From contig CAZQHK010000001.1 in NCBI GenBank assembly GCA_964593455.1, forward strand, positions 22,708 through 86,707: a DNA stretch of 64,000 nt, in the 5' to 3' direction. The notes below the pieces were generated by a model. The model saw only the letters and a program-made list of their open reading frames with translations, had not been told where the DNA came from and searched no databases. Below are positions 18,511-28,252 of the stretch, in pieces. Source of the DNA: an uncultured bacterium. GTDB lineage: Bacteria > Muiribacteriota > CAYSPT01. Each line of letters starts with the position of its first letter. Position 1 is the first letter of the stretch. Both the position numbers and the translations under genes were made by a program.

Positions 18511-21225
18511 ATGGAGGTGAATATCACGGGACGTCTGTACCCTTTTACTAAAAGACTGCCCTGGAGTTTTATTTTTCCGGCGGTAGAAATAGTGTGCGTG
18601 GTGTATCTTCTCTTTTTCGGGCTGGCACGCCTGGCCGACGCTCGTGAACGACATGATGTCACGGTGGGTACCCGCCTGACCTTCAATGTGCAACGGTTTG
18701 ATAAAAACGAGTACCAGGAGGTCAAGGCCACCTGTTTAAAGAGGGGAAAACACTGCTATATTTTCGTCGATGAGCGATATCAGGTGGCGGATGAGCTGCT
18801 CACCATGGCTATGATTCAATTTGATTTCACCATCTTTCCTGCCGTCAGGACCAACTTCGGAATCGAATGGTCCCCGGGGGTCGACGGCGACTATCTCATT
18901 TACATCCTGCTTACCGACCTGACAGACCGACCTGCCGGTTATAACCAGACGCTTAAGGTCACAGAAGGGTATTACTCCATATTCGACGAGATGACTACGA
19001 CCGAGATCGGGTTCTTCAACCAGGAGCATGGGACCTGGTATAAGACCAATGAGAAAGAGGTCGTCTTCATGGACATAGATCCGCTGGTGGTGGGCTCCAC
19101 CGGGTTTAACTCCCGGTTAGCCAGGCTGTTCCAGCGGATGGTGCATTACTATCAAAGTACTTTCGGTTTTGAAAATCCCCGGATGGAAGAAGAATGGGTA
19201 GTTACGGGCTGCTCGCTGCTGGCACAGTATCTTTGCGGATATGGAATTCCTGAAGAATACCAGGCGTTCATTGCCGCTCCCACGGCGGAACTGCCCGAGG
19301 AGGCCACTTTCGTAAGCGATGCACGGGCCGGAGGGGCTTTTCTCCTGTTCCTCTATATGTGGGAGCAGTTCGATGAAGAGGAGATGACCCGGGCCATCAC
19401 CTCGGCCTTCAGTACCGGAATTGAAGGGCTCGGCGAGGCTCTGGCTCCTCGGAGAGATGTCATCAACCGGGTCTATGAAGAGACTTCAGAACTCAGTGAA
19501 TTCGACCTAGAGATTATCAGAAAAGCCTTTAAAACAGGCTACAACAGCCTGGACCAGTTCGAGAAGGCTTTCCTCAGCACACTGCTGTTTAAATCGATCT
19601 ACATGGATTGGTTATGTGCCCTGCTCCTGGATGACACCACCATTGAGAGCGGCCGCTACGGTTTCAGAAGTTTTGAAATAGATGATCTGAACGTTCCGCA
19701 ATACAATGAATATCCGACAGAGCTCGATGACATTGACGTTGAATCATATGCCGCCCGGTTATACGATTATCGAGGAAACGCCACCAATACGCTGCGTTTT
19801 CGCATGATTTCCGACACCTACCCCGAAGCGCTTCGAGTCCGGTTGGTCAGGAAGGGAGCCCTGGAGCCCAGTTCGGTCACAACTGTCAATGTGGTCAACG
19901 GGTGGGCGAGCGTCACCGTGAATGATTTTGGCGAAACCTATCCCGATGCGTACTGGGTTGTGGGTAAGGTGAGCGGCGAAGAGACCGCTCGTTTTGACCT
20001 GCGGGCGTATCTCAGGGGTCCGGTGGTCGCCGCTTTTCTCTCCCCGATCTACAAAAACATGATTATCATTGATGTAAAAGCTTCCGATTACCCGGTCGTT
20101 GGAGTTTATCAAGAAGGCGCACCCAACGCCACTGATGTGGACATGGTGAAGTCTCCACAGGGTACGTACACCGGATATTATGTGCTCGATTCAACCTGGC
20201 CTGGCCGCGGGGAAATATCGGTCAGGGGTACCGGGGTCGATTTCGTTAATGATGAGATTATCGTTCCGTTCGAATATCAAAAGGAACAGTCGGGTACCAT
20301 GCATTTGGGATCCGTGGCCGGGGTGGAACTTGATCTTTTAAACACCACTGCCGGTGATGGAAGCGTCGTGCTGTTGGTATCGGACAGCGAACCATCTAAG
20401 GAACTTCAACCGCTCAGCCCGGTAGCCCAGGTTCTGGTCCGGAGCGAGCAACTGAACAGTCCCGGACAGCTTACTTTCCCGCTTGATTCTCGGGCTGGTT
20501 CGCACGGGTTGGGCTTGTTTCGCCGTGGAGAAAACAATACCTGGATCTTCGAGCGCACGGCTTCGGAAGAGACAGGAAACGGCCGGGTACGCGTTGCCGT
20601 CAGCCGGCCGGGAAGATTTGCCATTCTGCGTGATCTGACCAGGCCGCGTCTGGTTTGCCGGGAAGCCCTGCAGGGAGATGACGGCACCCTGAGTATTTAC
20701 GGTAGTGTCAATGATACCGGCAGCGGAGTTGATCAGGAATCGCTCTCAATCAGAGTTGGCGGGAGACAACTGCGTTTAGGTACTTCTTCCTGGAACGGAT
20801 CAGGTTTTGAAGTTACGGTGGATGATTCTATCCCGGCCGGAAGTTTCGTACGTGTCAGCGTAGCAGACCGTCTCGGTAATGCCTCCTCGGCGTATGTTGA
20901 GGTCCGGCAAGCAGTCATTCCGTTGAACAATGTTTCCATGAAAGCTTATCCCTGTCCCGCTGTGGGAAACGTCACTATCCAGGTCTCCGTTGCCGGTGGT
21001 CTGGGAGCGGCCGCTTCGCTGAACCTTACGATCCGGGATGTAGCTGGAGACATAGTAATGACTGCCGACAGAGCCGATTTTACGGATCAGGGTGGCGGTG
21101 TGCACGAGTATGTATGGAATCCGGTCTCATCTTCTGCGGCCAATGGCGTTTACCTTTACGAGATATCTATTAACGATAGTGGGAATACCTGGAACGGTAG
21201 GGGAAAGATCGTTGTACTCAAGTAA
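18511..21225 (+). CDS. large secreted protein with type-A T9SS CTD (paralog A)
   Basis: The C-terminus AYPCPAVGNVTIQVSV...LNLTIRDVAGDIVMT...HEYVWNPVSSSAANGVYLYEISIND...GKIVVLK matches the T9SS CTD. There is an N-terminal hydrophobic segment. The ATG at 18511 was chosen to avoid a 60-nt overlap with the divergent gene; the track ORF starts at 18370. Confidence 0.65.
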   Translation: MEVNITGRLYPFTKRLPWSFIFPAVEIVCVVYLLFFGLARLADARERHDVTVGTRLTFNVQRFDKNEYQEVKATCLKRGKHCYIFVDERYQVADELLTMAMIQFDFTIFPAVRTNFGIEWSPGVDGDYLIYILLTDLTDRPAGYNQTLKVTEGYYSIFDEMTTTEIGFFNQEHGTWYKTNEKEVVFMDIDPLVVGSTGFNSRLARLFQRMVHYYQSTFGFENPRMEEEWVVTGCSLLAQYLCGYGIPEEYQAFIAAPTAELPEEATFVSDARAGGAFLLFLYMWEQFDEEEMTRAITSAFSTGIEGLGEALAPRRDVINRVYEETSELSEFDLEIIRKAFKTGYNSLDQFEKAFLSTLLFKSIYMDWLCALLLDDTTIESGRYGFRSFEIDDLNVPQYNEYPTELDDIDVESYAARLYDYRGNATNTLRFRMISDTYPEALRVRLVRKGALEPSSVTTVNVVNGWASVTVNDFGETYPDAYWVVGKVSGEETARFDLRAYLRGPVVAAFLSPIYKNMIIIDVKASDYPVVGVYQEGAPNATDVDMVKSPQGTYTGYYVLDSTWPGRGEISVRGTGVDFVNDEIIVPFEYQKEQSGTMHLGSVAGVELDLLNTTAGDGSVVLLVSDSEPSKELQPLSPVAQVLVRSEQLNSPGQLTFPLDSRAGSHGLGLFRRGENNTWIFERTASEETGNGRVRVAVSRPGRFAILRDLTRPRLVCREALQGDDGTLSIYGSVNDTGSGVDQESLSIRVGGRQLRLGTSSWNGSGFEVTVDDSIPAGSFVRVSVADRLGNASSAYVEVRQAVIPLNNVSMKAYPCPAVGNVTIQVSVAGGLGAAASLNLTIRDVAGDIVMTADRADFTDQGGGVHEYVWNPVSSSAANGVYLYEISINDSGNTWNGRGKIVVLK

Positions 21226-21262
21226 GTTTCACCGGAAAGAAATCCCATTTACCACCGCAAAG

Positions 21263-24259
21263 TTGTGGTGGACAGTGGTCTTTCTGTACCTGGCTTTGCT
21301 CGTTGGGCAGCCTGGCCGGAGCGTTGCCGGGCCGTATGTAGAGCCCGTCCGTCTCGGTGATGAGGAGAAGTTTATAGTAAAAGATTACCGGCATGAAGCA
21401 GATGTGGATAACGACGGTATCACGGATCACGAGGATCTCGATCTCGACAATGACGGAATTTTTGATTATGCCGATCTAAGTTATGATTTGCTGATCGAAC
21501 AGGACGACGATTCAGTGCAATTCAACGGACACTGGACCAGAGATTCGTTTCCTTATTACAGCAATGGGACGGCCCGTTCCTCGATTTTTGAAGGCAATAT
21601 CTGCGAAGTAACGTTCAGGGGAGAATACATTTCGTGGATAGGTTCGGTGGGACCCGGTATGGGATACGCCCATATTTATATTGATAACACCTTTACTGTG
21701 TCGGTGGACCTGTACCGTGAAAACTATGAATTGGAAGAAGTGGCGTATCGGTCGCGCTGGCTCGATACCGGTGTCCACACGCTGCGTATCGAGGTGGGAA
21801 AACGATCCGGGGAAAGCAATGTATATCCCGTCGAGGTGGATGCTTTCAGAGTTGTTACGGATGCGCCGAGTCGCAAAGATTTCTACCAGGAAGTAACGGC
21901 CCGGTGTGAACGTATCTCCTGGTATGCCTATTTCTTCGTGGACGAGGAAGAATCCATCTCGGATGATGATCTGGACAATCTGGTGGAAGCATTTGATCAG
22001 GCAATTTATCCGACAATAACAGATAAGTTCGGCCCTCTTCCCGTGCCCGGAATCGACAGTATAGAAAAATTGTTTATCCTGCTTACCGACATCAAGGACG
22101 GTTACAATGGAGAAACCGAATTCGAATATGTCCCCGGATACTTCAGTCGGATGGATCAGTTCATCCCGGTCACTTTCCCTTTCAGTAACAAGAAGGATCT
22201 CCTGGTACTAGATGTCAACCCGACTTCATTTGATTCCGGCGAGGTAAAAAAGAGCCTGGCCAAGCAGTTTCACTGGTTTATTCACTGGTATGCCAAGAGC
22301 AATGGGCATCCGGTAAGTGATTACGACGATTACTGGGTTCGAAATGGATTAGGCCTGCTGTCCGGGTATCTCTCGGGACTGGGACATCCGTACCAAATGG
22401 AGTTTTTTAGAAAGTATCCGGATTCCGAACTGGTCGTGGAAGACGAGCGTTATTCCACCGATGCCAACGAAGGGGCAAGCTACTTGTTCTTCTTGTACAT
22501 CTGGGAACGCTACGGCACGAATTTCCTCCAGGGTATGACGGCGACTTCGACGACCGGCCTCGATGCCGTCATAGAACAATTGGAAAGCTTCGGGACAACT
22601 TTCAGGGATACGTTTTCTGATTGGGTAATGGCTAACTATCTCGACGATCCCACCGAGAATAACTGGGGTTACCGGTATGCCGACTTTCAGGTGGTGCCCA
22701 CTGCCGAGCACACCACGTTCGCTCTCGATACGACTAATAATGTTCTTCCTCTCACGGCTGCCCACTATATCAAGTTGACCGGTGTCGACCGACAAGACCT
22801 GATGTTGAAATTTGTGGGTAACACCATCAACTGGTTTCTGCTCAGAGCGGTCTACCTGAATAACGATGGAACGGCCAGCGTAGAGGAGATAACGCTGGAC
22901 TCGCTCCAGAAGCTTGATCATACTCTAGGGGGATTTTCACAGACCTATCGAACTGTGATACTGGTTCTCTCAAATCGTCCGCCATATGAAGAAGACGGAC
23001 TTCCCTGGGGGGACGGCGTTTATTCTTACAATATTGAGAAGTTTGGTCCGGTGGCCACAGGTTTTTTTAACCCGATATTCCCCAATACAATTATTATTAC
23101 CATGGAAGCCGGTCCCCGCCCTCAGGTAAAGGCGTATCAGACAGGGATGGAATTCTTTGATCTGCCGAAGGTCAACACTGTATCCGATCATCTGTTTTCA
23201 GCTTTCTATTCCATAAAACCGGAGTACACCGGGCCGGGTAAAATAGTGGTGACCGGTATCGGCCTCGACGGCCGGGATGGTGGTGTTCAGCTTGATTTTG
23301 TAACGGGACGAGTCACCGGAGGACAGCGATTGGATGTGACCAGCGGGGATATCAAACTCGGTGTGCCGGAAAACACCCTTCCGGACGGAACCTCGCTTGT
23401 TTTGCTGCCCACAGCGGCCCCGGACGGACAGGGTGAACTACGCCCCGTTTCTCAAACAATCGCTATTTCTCCCGGCGCCGCGCCGCTCAAAAGATCAGCC
23501 AGTCTCCTGATCCCGGGAATGAGTTCGGACGCAGGCGGTATTTCACAAACCCAGGTGGCCCTCTTCCGGCAGCAGGATAATACTTGGATCTTTGAAACGG
23601 CCGCCACGGTCGCAGCCAAGGGTATATTCAGGAGCGAGATTACCCGATTTGGCCGGTTTGCCGTCATGGCCGACACCACTCCTCCTCGGGTATGGATCAA
23701 CGGTGTGCAGTACACGGAAGATGGAATGATCATCAGTGTTCACCTGACCGACGGAGGAGCCGGCGTCTCGTCAGGCGGAGTAGTGGCAAAAACATCCGCC
23801 GGAGACGAGGTAACGATGACGGTGTCGGGAGGAATCGCTACGGCGTTGGTTGAAACAAATGCGTCACACACGGTGAGGTGGGTGGCCGTCACGGCCGCGG
23901 ATCGGACCGGTAATCAAACGACGAGCACTCTACAGGTTGCGCCGCCGGTCGCCGGAGTATCGCTGGTGATGTATCCGAACCCGGCTTCGGGCGCCATCCA
24001 GATGCGCTGCACTCTCACTGGTGCTAACTGGACCGGGACGGACACCGAGGCCTATGTTTACGACCTGGCCGGCGATATGGTAATGCAATTCGGTTTGAAT
24101 GATTTTGTACAGACGGCACCAGGTGTGATTTCCGCTGCCTGGGATCTGGAAAACGAGCAAGGCCGCTCGGTCGCCAACGGCACGTATTTTTGCAAGGTAC
24201 GGCTTGGTACATCACGGGGACAGCTTGAGGCGAAAAGCACACTCGCTGTTATCAGGTAA
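21263..24259 (+). CDS. large secreted protein with type-A T9SS CTD (paralog B), Asp-rich Ca-binding-like repeats near N-terminus
   Basis: The C-terminus MYPNPASGAIQMRCTL...EAYVYDLAGDMVMQF...AAWDLENEQGRSVANGTYFCKVRL...STLAVIR matches the T9SS CTD. It is paralogous to the upstream gene (ILLTD..GYxSxxD; ASYLFFLYIWE / GAFLLFLYMWE). It carries DVDNDGITDHEDLDLDNDGIFD repeats. The start is uncertain. The track ORF begins at 21092 and overlaps the previous gene. A TTG at 21263 gives the signal peptide WWTVVFLYLALLVGQPGRSVAG. Confidence 0.6.
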   Translation: MWWTVVFLYLALLVGQPGRSVAGPYVEPVRLGDEEKFIVKDYRHEADVDNDGITDHEDLDLDNDGIFDYADLSYDLLIEQDDDSVQFNGHWTRDSFPYYSNGTARSSIFEGNICEVTFRGEYISWIGSVGPGMGYAHIYIDNTFTVSVDLYRENYELEEVAYRSRWLDTGVHTLRIEVGKRSGESNVYPVEVDAFRVVTDAPSRKDFYQEVTARCERISWYAYFFVDEEESISDDDLDNLVEAFDQAIYPTITDKFGPLPVPGIDSIEKLFILLTDIKDGYNGETEFEYVPGYFSRMDQFIPVTFPFSNKKDLLVLDVNPTSFDSGEVKKSLAKQFHWFIHWYAKSNGHPVSDYDDYWVRNGLGLLSGYLSGLGHPYQMEFFRKYPDSELVVEDERYSTDANEGASYLFFLYIWERYGTNFLQGMTATSTTGLDAVIEQLESFGTTFRDTFSDWVMANYLDDPTENNWGYRYADFQVVPTAEHTTFALDTTNNVLPLTAAHYIKLTGVDRQDLMLKFVGNTINWFLLRAVYLNNDGTASVEEITLDSLQKLDHTLGGFSQTYRTVILVLSNRPPYEEDGLPWGDGVYSYNIEKFGPVATGFFNPIFPNTIIITMEAGPRPQVKAYQTGMEFFDLPKVNTVSDHLFSAFYSIKPEYTGPGKIVVTGIGLDGRDGGVQLDFVTGRVTGGQRLDVTSGDIKLGVPENTLPDGTSLVLLPTAAPDGQGELRPVSQTIAISPGAAPLKRSASLLIPGMSSDAGGISQTQVALFRQQDNTWIFETAATVAAKGIFRSEITRFGRFAVMADTTPPRVWINGVQYTEDGMIISVHLTDGGAGVSSGGVVAKTSAGDEVTMTVSGGIATALVETNASHTVRWVAVTAADRTGNQTTSTLQVAPPVAGVSLVMYPNPASGAIQMRCTLTGANWTGTDTEAYVYDLAGDMVMQFGLNDFVQTAPGVISAAWDLENEQGRSVANGTYFCKVRLGTSRGQLEAKSTLAVIR

Positions 24260-24275
24260 GTAACGAATTGGGAGG

Positions 24276-24914
24276 ATGATTGTTATGCGGTTTGGATCTA
24301 TTCGGTTACGGGGTTTGCTGCTTATTACAGGTACTCTTGGAATTATCTGGTATATTTCTGGTTGCGGCGGCGGCGGCGGTCTGTCCGACGGGGGTATGGG
24401 GTCATTAGCACAGAATCTGGCCCAGGGCTGGGCTTTGATGGAGAGCGGTTCCTACTCGGACTCCATCACCAAGTTCAATAATGTCCTGTCCGGAAGCCCG
24501 ACCGCCATCATGGAGGCCGATGCCCGGACCGGTCTCGGGTGGGCGTATGCCAAGCAGGGCAGTATCAGCACAGCCATCTCGCATTTTGAGCGTGCCAGTA
24601 ATGTCAATAACGATGCCAATGTCGGTCTGGCCGGTTGCTATCTGGCCCGCGGCAACGCCACCGATTACTCGCAGGCTATAGCGCTTTTAAACTTCATCGA
24701 TCAGAATGGCGGGGGAATTAGCCTCTATTCGTCACCACACACGGGAGTGGCTCCGGCAGAATTGTATGCCGTTCTCGGGTACTGCCATTTTCTCGATGGG
24801 GATGAGGATAAGGCAAAGCAGTACGTGGAAGAAGCGAAGAAGCTCGATGCGTACAATGAGTCGGTCCTTGATATCGAGGACGCCCTCAAAGCGCTCGGCC
24901 TGTCCTTCGATTAA
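24276..24914 (+). CDS. TPR-like lipoprotein
   Basis: Signal peptide plus lipobox (IIWYISGC), followed by a Gly run (GGGGG). TPR-like helical pairs are present (GLGWAYAKQG, GLAGCYLARG). The start may be the ATG at 24285. Confidence 0.55.
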   Translation: MIVMRFGSIRLRGLLLITGTLGIIWYISGCGGGGGLSDGGMGSLAQNLAQGWALMESGSYSDSITKFNNVLSGSPTAIMEADARTGLGWAYAKQGSISTAISHFERASNVNNDANVGLAGCYLARGNATDYSQAIALLNFIDQNGGGISLYSSPHTGVAPAELYAVLGYCHFLDGDEDKAKQYVEEAKKLDAYNESVLDIEDALKALGLSFD

Positions 24915-24963
24915 AAAAACGGTCTCCGCAACCGGTTCCTTTGAGTCTTGTTGTTTCCTTTTG

Positions 24964-25054
24964 TTGAGGTTCGGAGTCTCTTCCCGAGGAACACTCACGG
25001 CGCTTGGGCGCCTCCGTTCGGGTTATGCCCTCGTACAGAGACTCCGAACCTCAA
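24964..25054. repeat. 91-bp structured element: perfect 18-bp inverted repeat (TTGAGGTTCGGAGTCTCT / AGAGACTCCGAACCTCAA) around a 55-nt GC-rich spacer
   Basis: Read directly. It lies between convergent genes. Confidence 0.6.
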
Positions 25055-25188
25055 CTCAATGGTTATTCGCAAAATAGGCTCATAGGAAGATGCTCCGCCT
25101 TGTATAGGTCCGGTTACTGATGTCTAGTCCAACGCTCGGCTGTTCGCGTGGCGAAGGCGCTTCGTTTGACGGGGGCTTGGTGTTGTTA

Positions 25189-27180
25189 TTAATGAAGATG
25201 CGGAGAAATGTGGTTTTTGGTGTTTAGTTCTTCAATCTTGCGGTGGCAAACGGCGGCTTCAGCGGTCAAACCGCAGGCGGTGTAAGCTTTTGACAGGTCG
25301 CTCCACGCATCGCGATACCCGGGCCAGAGGTGTATCGCTTCGGTGAAGGCCTTAATGGCAAGATCATAGTCACCTGTTTCCAGGTAATAGTTTCCATATG
25401 TGTCGTGAACAAAGGGGTTACGTGAATCCAGTTTCCAAGCTTGCTTGACAAAGGCCAGCGCCGTTTCATAATCTTTCAGGCCGAGATAGGCGATAGCTGT
25501 ATTGTTATACACCGTGGCGTTACCGGGCTCACCTTCAGCTGCCTGTTGGTAGTGAGCAACAGCTTCTTGATACTCATTGCGGGCGAGATAGCAGTTACCC
25601 AGGTTGAGATGAGCTGAACTCAAGCCGGGGTTGAATTCCAGTGCTTTTTGGTAGAGGTCCATGGCGGCCTCGATCTGTCCCCGGGCCTGATAAGCATTGG
25701 CCTGGCTCCAACGTGCTTTGGCTGGATCGTCTCCGGTTACCCCGTAAGGGTCGATATTTACAGCGAGAAAAAGGCCGGCCAAAAGCGGCAGGCAAAATAG
25801 ACTCAGTGGTTTCCATTGCTTCTCCCGGATCTTGCGGCAGATTTCCAGCCCTGCCCAGGCGGCGAATATAATTAGAACCGGCACTACCGGAAGGCGGTAT
25901 CGGCCCGCGTTGAAAAAAGGCACTACCGAAAACGTATAAGAGATGACAAAGAGAAACAGGATGCGCCGTTTTATCAATTGGTTTGATGAGATCGGCGATT
26001 TCCGCTTATTCCACAGGAGCGCGAGAAGCCCGAACAGAGACAGGGGACCGATTATGCCGAAGTGAAAAACAGCTATTTTCAATATCCGTGAGAGGCTTCT
26101 CCGATAGGAGACGTACATGATATTGTTTATCTCCGGTCCCAGCCAGAAGATATGAAATTTCTTGAGGAAAACAAGCACCGCTGCCAGAGGTTGTTCCCGC
26201 CAGAAGCGGAGACCTTTCTGAAACCAAATTTGAGATACCTGTGACGGCCGGAGCTTAAAACCTGCTTCTTTTTCAGCCTGTTTTCGGGCGAACAGCCAGG
26301 CGGTATCGACATAGTGTCCCCGCAGAGGGTAGTAACCCGGCAGAGGAGTGTATTTCCCGGTTGACTCCGGGTTGTTCCCAATGAAAAAATTGATTCCGGC
26401 CTGAGAAGAAATGAGGACGAAATCACGGCTGACCGCGTAGTTATGGATAGTGACCGGAGTGATAACGAGAGCTAGCGCGCCCAGAAAGCAGATCAGGTAG
26501 TGGAAAGGAATCCCTCCGGCCGATTTTGATCTGCGAACCTTTGAGAACATCCAGAGGGTAAACAGTCCCAGGAACAGGAGAATATTGGGCCGAGTGATAG
26601 AAGCCAACCCGGCGATGATTCCTGCCGCTCCCCACCGGATGAGCGCTTTGTTGCGTCCGATAGGCGGCTGTTCGCCATCGTTTGTAACAGTAATTGTCTC
26701 GACGAGCTGGAACAAGAGAAACAGCAGGAGAAGCGTCAGGAAAATAAAGGTTCCCACGATGAGTAGTGTACCTTCAAAAAAAATAAATGGGAAATAAAAG
26801 GCTGCTATCGTTCCGGCAATAAGGCTGGGGAGCGGCCCGAACGCTTCTTTACCCAGGTAGTAGACAAGAAAACACGAAACGGTACCAAACACCATGGTTA
26901 GAAAGCGTGGAACAAGATATCCGTGTCCGAAGATTGCGTAAATTCCCCCCAGCAAAAACGCATACAGCGGTCCCCTGAAAAACGCTTCCTCCGAGATGAA
27001 AACACCATGCGATATTTTTATTGCCCATTCGTCGAGATAGCGTTCATCAATGATTGGGTGAGACGACCATGGTGTGGTTGACAACTCCGCCAGGTAGCAC
27101 ATCCTGATAGCAAAGGCACCCAGAAGTATCCAGAAGAGAAGAGGTATTCTTCTTTTTTTCTTGTTGGCTTGTTCGATCAT
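25189..27180 (-). CDS. GT-C fold (GT39/ArnT/PMT-like) membrane glycosyltransferase with C-terminal TPR domain
   Basis: The N-terminal ~480 aa are polytopic membrane protein. The motif after the first TM is LSTTPWSSHPIIDERYLDEWA...FFRGPLYAFLLGGIYAIFG, which resembles the ArnT/PMT loop-1 region. The C-terminal ~180 aa carry 4-5 TPRs (AHLNLGNCYLARNEYQEAVAHYQQA...). Confidence 0.65.
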   Translation of the reverse strand: MIEQANKKKRRIPLLFWILLGAFAIRMCYLAELSTTPWSSHPIIDERYLDEWAIKISHGVFISEEAFFRGPLYAFLLGGIYAIFGHGYLVPRFLTMVFGTVSCFLVYYLGKEAFGPLPSLIAGTIAAFYFPFIFFEGTLLIVGTFIFLTLLLLFLLFQLVETITVTNDGEQPPIGRNKALIRWGAAGIIAGLASITRPNILLFLGLFTLWMFSKVRRSKSAGGIPFHYLICFLGALALVITPVTIHNYAVSRDFVLISSQAGINFFIGNNPESTGKYTPLPGYYPLRGHYVDTAWLFARKQAEKEAGFKLRPSQVSQIWFQKGLRFWREQPLAAVLVFLKKFHIFWLGPEINNIMYVSYRRSLSRILKIAVFHFGIIGPLSLFGLLALLWNKRKSPISSNQLIKRRILFLFVISYTFSVVPFFNAGRYRLPVVPVLIIFAAWAGLEICRKIREKQWKPLSLFCLPLLAGLFLAVNIDPYGVTGDDPAKARWSQANAYQARGQIEAAMDLYQKALEFNPGLSSAHLNLGNCYLARNEYQEAVAHYQQAAEGEPGNATVYNNTAIAYLGLKDYETALAFVKQAWKLDSRNPFVHDTYGNYYLETGDYDLAIKAFTEAIHLWPGYRDAWSDLSKAYTACGLTAEAAVCHRKIEELNTKNHISPHLH

Positions 27181-27435
27181 GGTAAATTAGCACCACATGT
27201 AAAACCGGCATGGGTCTGCATGAAAATAGTATACCCTGAACAGTCGGCCCATTGCATAGTGTATTATTTTGAGACAGATACTACAATATAGTCTCTTTTT
27301 GAGACTGCCTCATCTCCTCCTTTCCATTTTCGATTCTGTGTACTCTCTTTATTTACCGTTGTTTTTGAGACACTACACGAACTTGGCCTGTTTTATGCCT
27401 ATTGGTTAATCAAACAACGAAAGGAGGTGTTCTCG

Positions 27436-27804
27436 ATGAGAGACATCAACAAATTTTTCGGGATAGGGAGGCTTACGGCTGACCCGGAGCTAAAGCAGGT
27501 AAGTGATGAAATTGCTCTGTGCACGTTCGCTATCGCCATGAACAGGACCGAAGGGGAGAAGAAAGAAGAGCGGGTAACGTTCCTCAATGTAACGACCTGG
27601 CGCCGTCTGGCTGAGGTCTGCAGCCGCTATCTTTCCAAAGGAAACCGGGTGGCTGTGTTGGGGTGGCTCAAGAGTTCAGAGTACATGGGGCAGGACGAGG
27701 TTCAGAAGAAGCGCCTGGAAGTGGTTGCTGAGTCGGTGCAGTTTCTCGAAGCGGCAAGGCAGGAGTCATCCTCCTGCCCTGCCGGAAGGTATTTATTTTC
27801 ATGA
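27436..27804 (+). CDS. ssb: single-stranded DNA-binding protein-like (OB fold), lacks acidic C-terminal tail
   Basis: AGGAGG sits 7 nt upstream. The SSB-like pattern is NKFFGIGRLTADPEL...FAIAMNR...VTFLNVTTWRRLAEVCSRYLSKGNRVAVLGWLKS...EVVAESVQFL. There is no DDDIPF tail. Confidence 0.55.
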   Translation: MRDINKFFGIGRLTADPELKQVSDEIALCTFAIAMNRTEGEKKEERVTFLNVTTWRRLAEVCSRYLSKGNRVAVLGWLKSSEYMGQDEVQKKRLEVVAESVQFLEAARQESSSCPAGRYLFS

Positions 27805-27885
27805 CCGGTATTTGGCAGAAGATGGTGCTTGCCTTCCAGTGCGTTCTATGCTAGGATTATGCAGCTGGAGGTGGTTGTTGTGTTA

Positions 27886-28245
27886 ATGAACATTTTCCTG
27901 GTTGCCCAATTTCTTCTGGCACTGGGTTTGATCATTGTAATTCTTTTGCAGTCAGATAAGGGAACCGGTCTTTCCGGAGCCTTTGGCGGAGGTGCTTCAC
28001 ACACTAAGTTCGGCTTGCTTTCGGGTGGAACTCCTTTGGGGAAAGCGACAGTTGTTCTTGGAACGGTCTTTATTATCAATTCTATCTTTATGACCTACCT
28101 GGCCAGAGCCAGTGCCAATAAGTTCGTGGCCGAACAGAAAGCCGCCGTTGAACAACAGATCCCGATACAGCAGCTTCCCGTGACGCCAGGTGTTCCGATC
28201 GATGCCGCTCCCGTAGAATCCGGAACCCCCGGAGGCTCGGAATAA
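27886..28245 (+). CDS. secG: preprotein translocase subunit SecG
   Basis: MNIFLVAQFLLALGLIIVILLQSDKGTGLSGAFGGG... is the SecG signature (LLQ.GKG...FGGG) plus a second TM. Alternative upstream starts are at 27859 and 27829. Confidence 0.7.
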   Translation: MNIFLVAQFLLALGLIIVILLQSDKGTGLSGAFGGGASHTKFGLLSGGTPLGKATVVLGTVFIINSIFMTYLARASANKFVAEQKAAVEQQIPIQQLPVTPGVPIDAAPVESGTPGGSE

Positions 28246-28252
28246 AGGGAGT

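Noticed and set aside
18511-24259. Zinc-metallopeptidase (HExxH) identity for the tandem CTD proteins
   Set aside because: I scanned both translations for HExxH and found none. HWFIH in paralog B lacks the Glu and is not conserved in paralog A.
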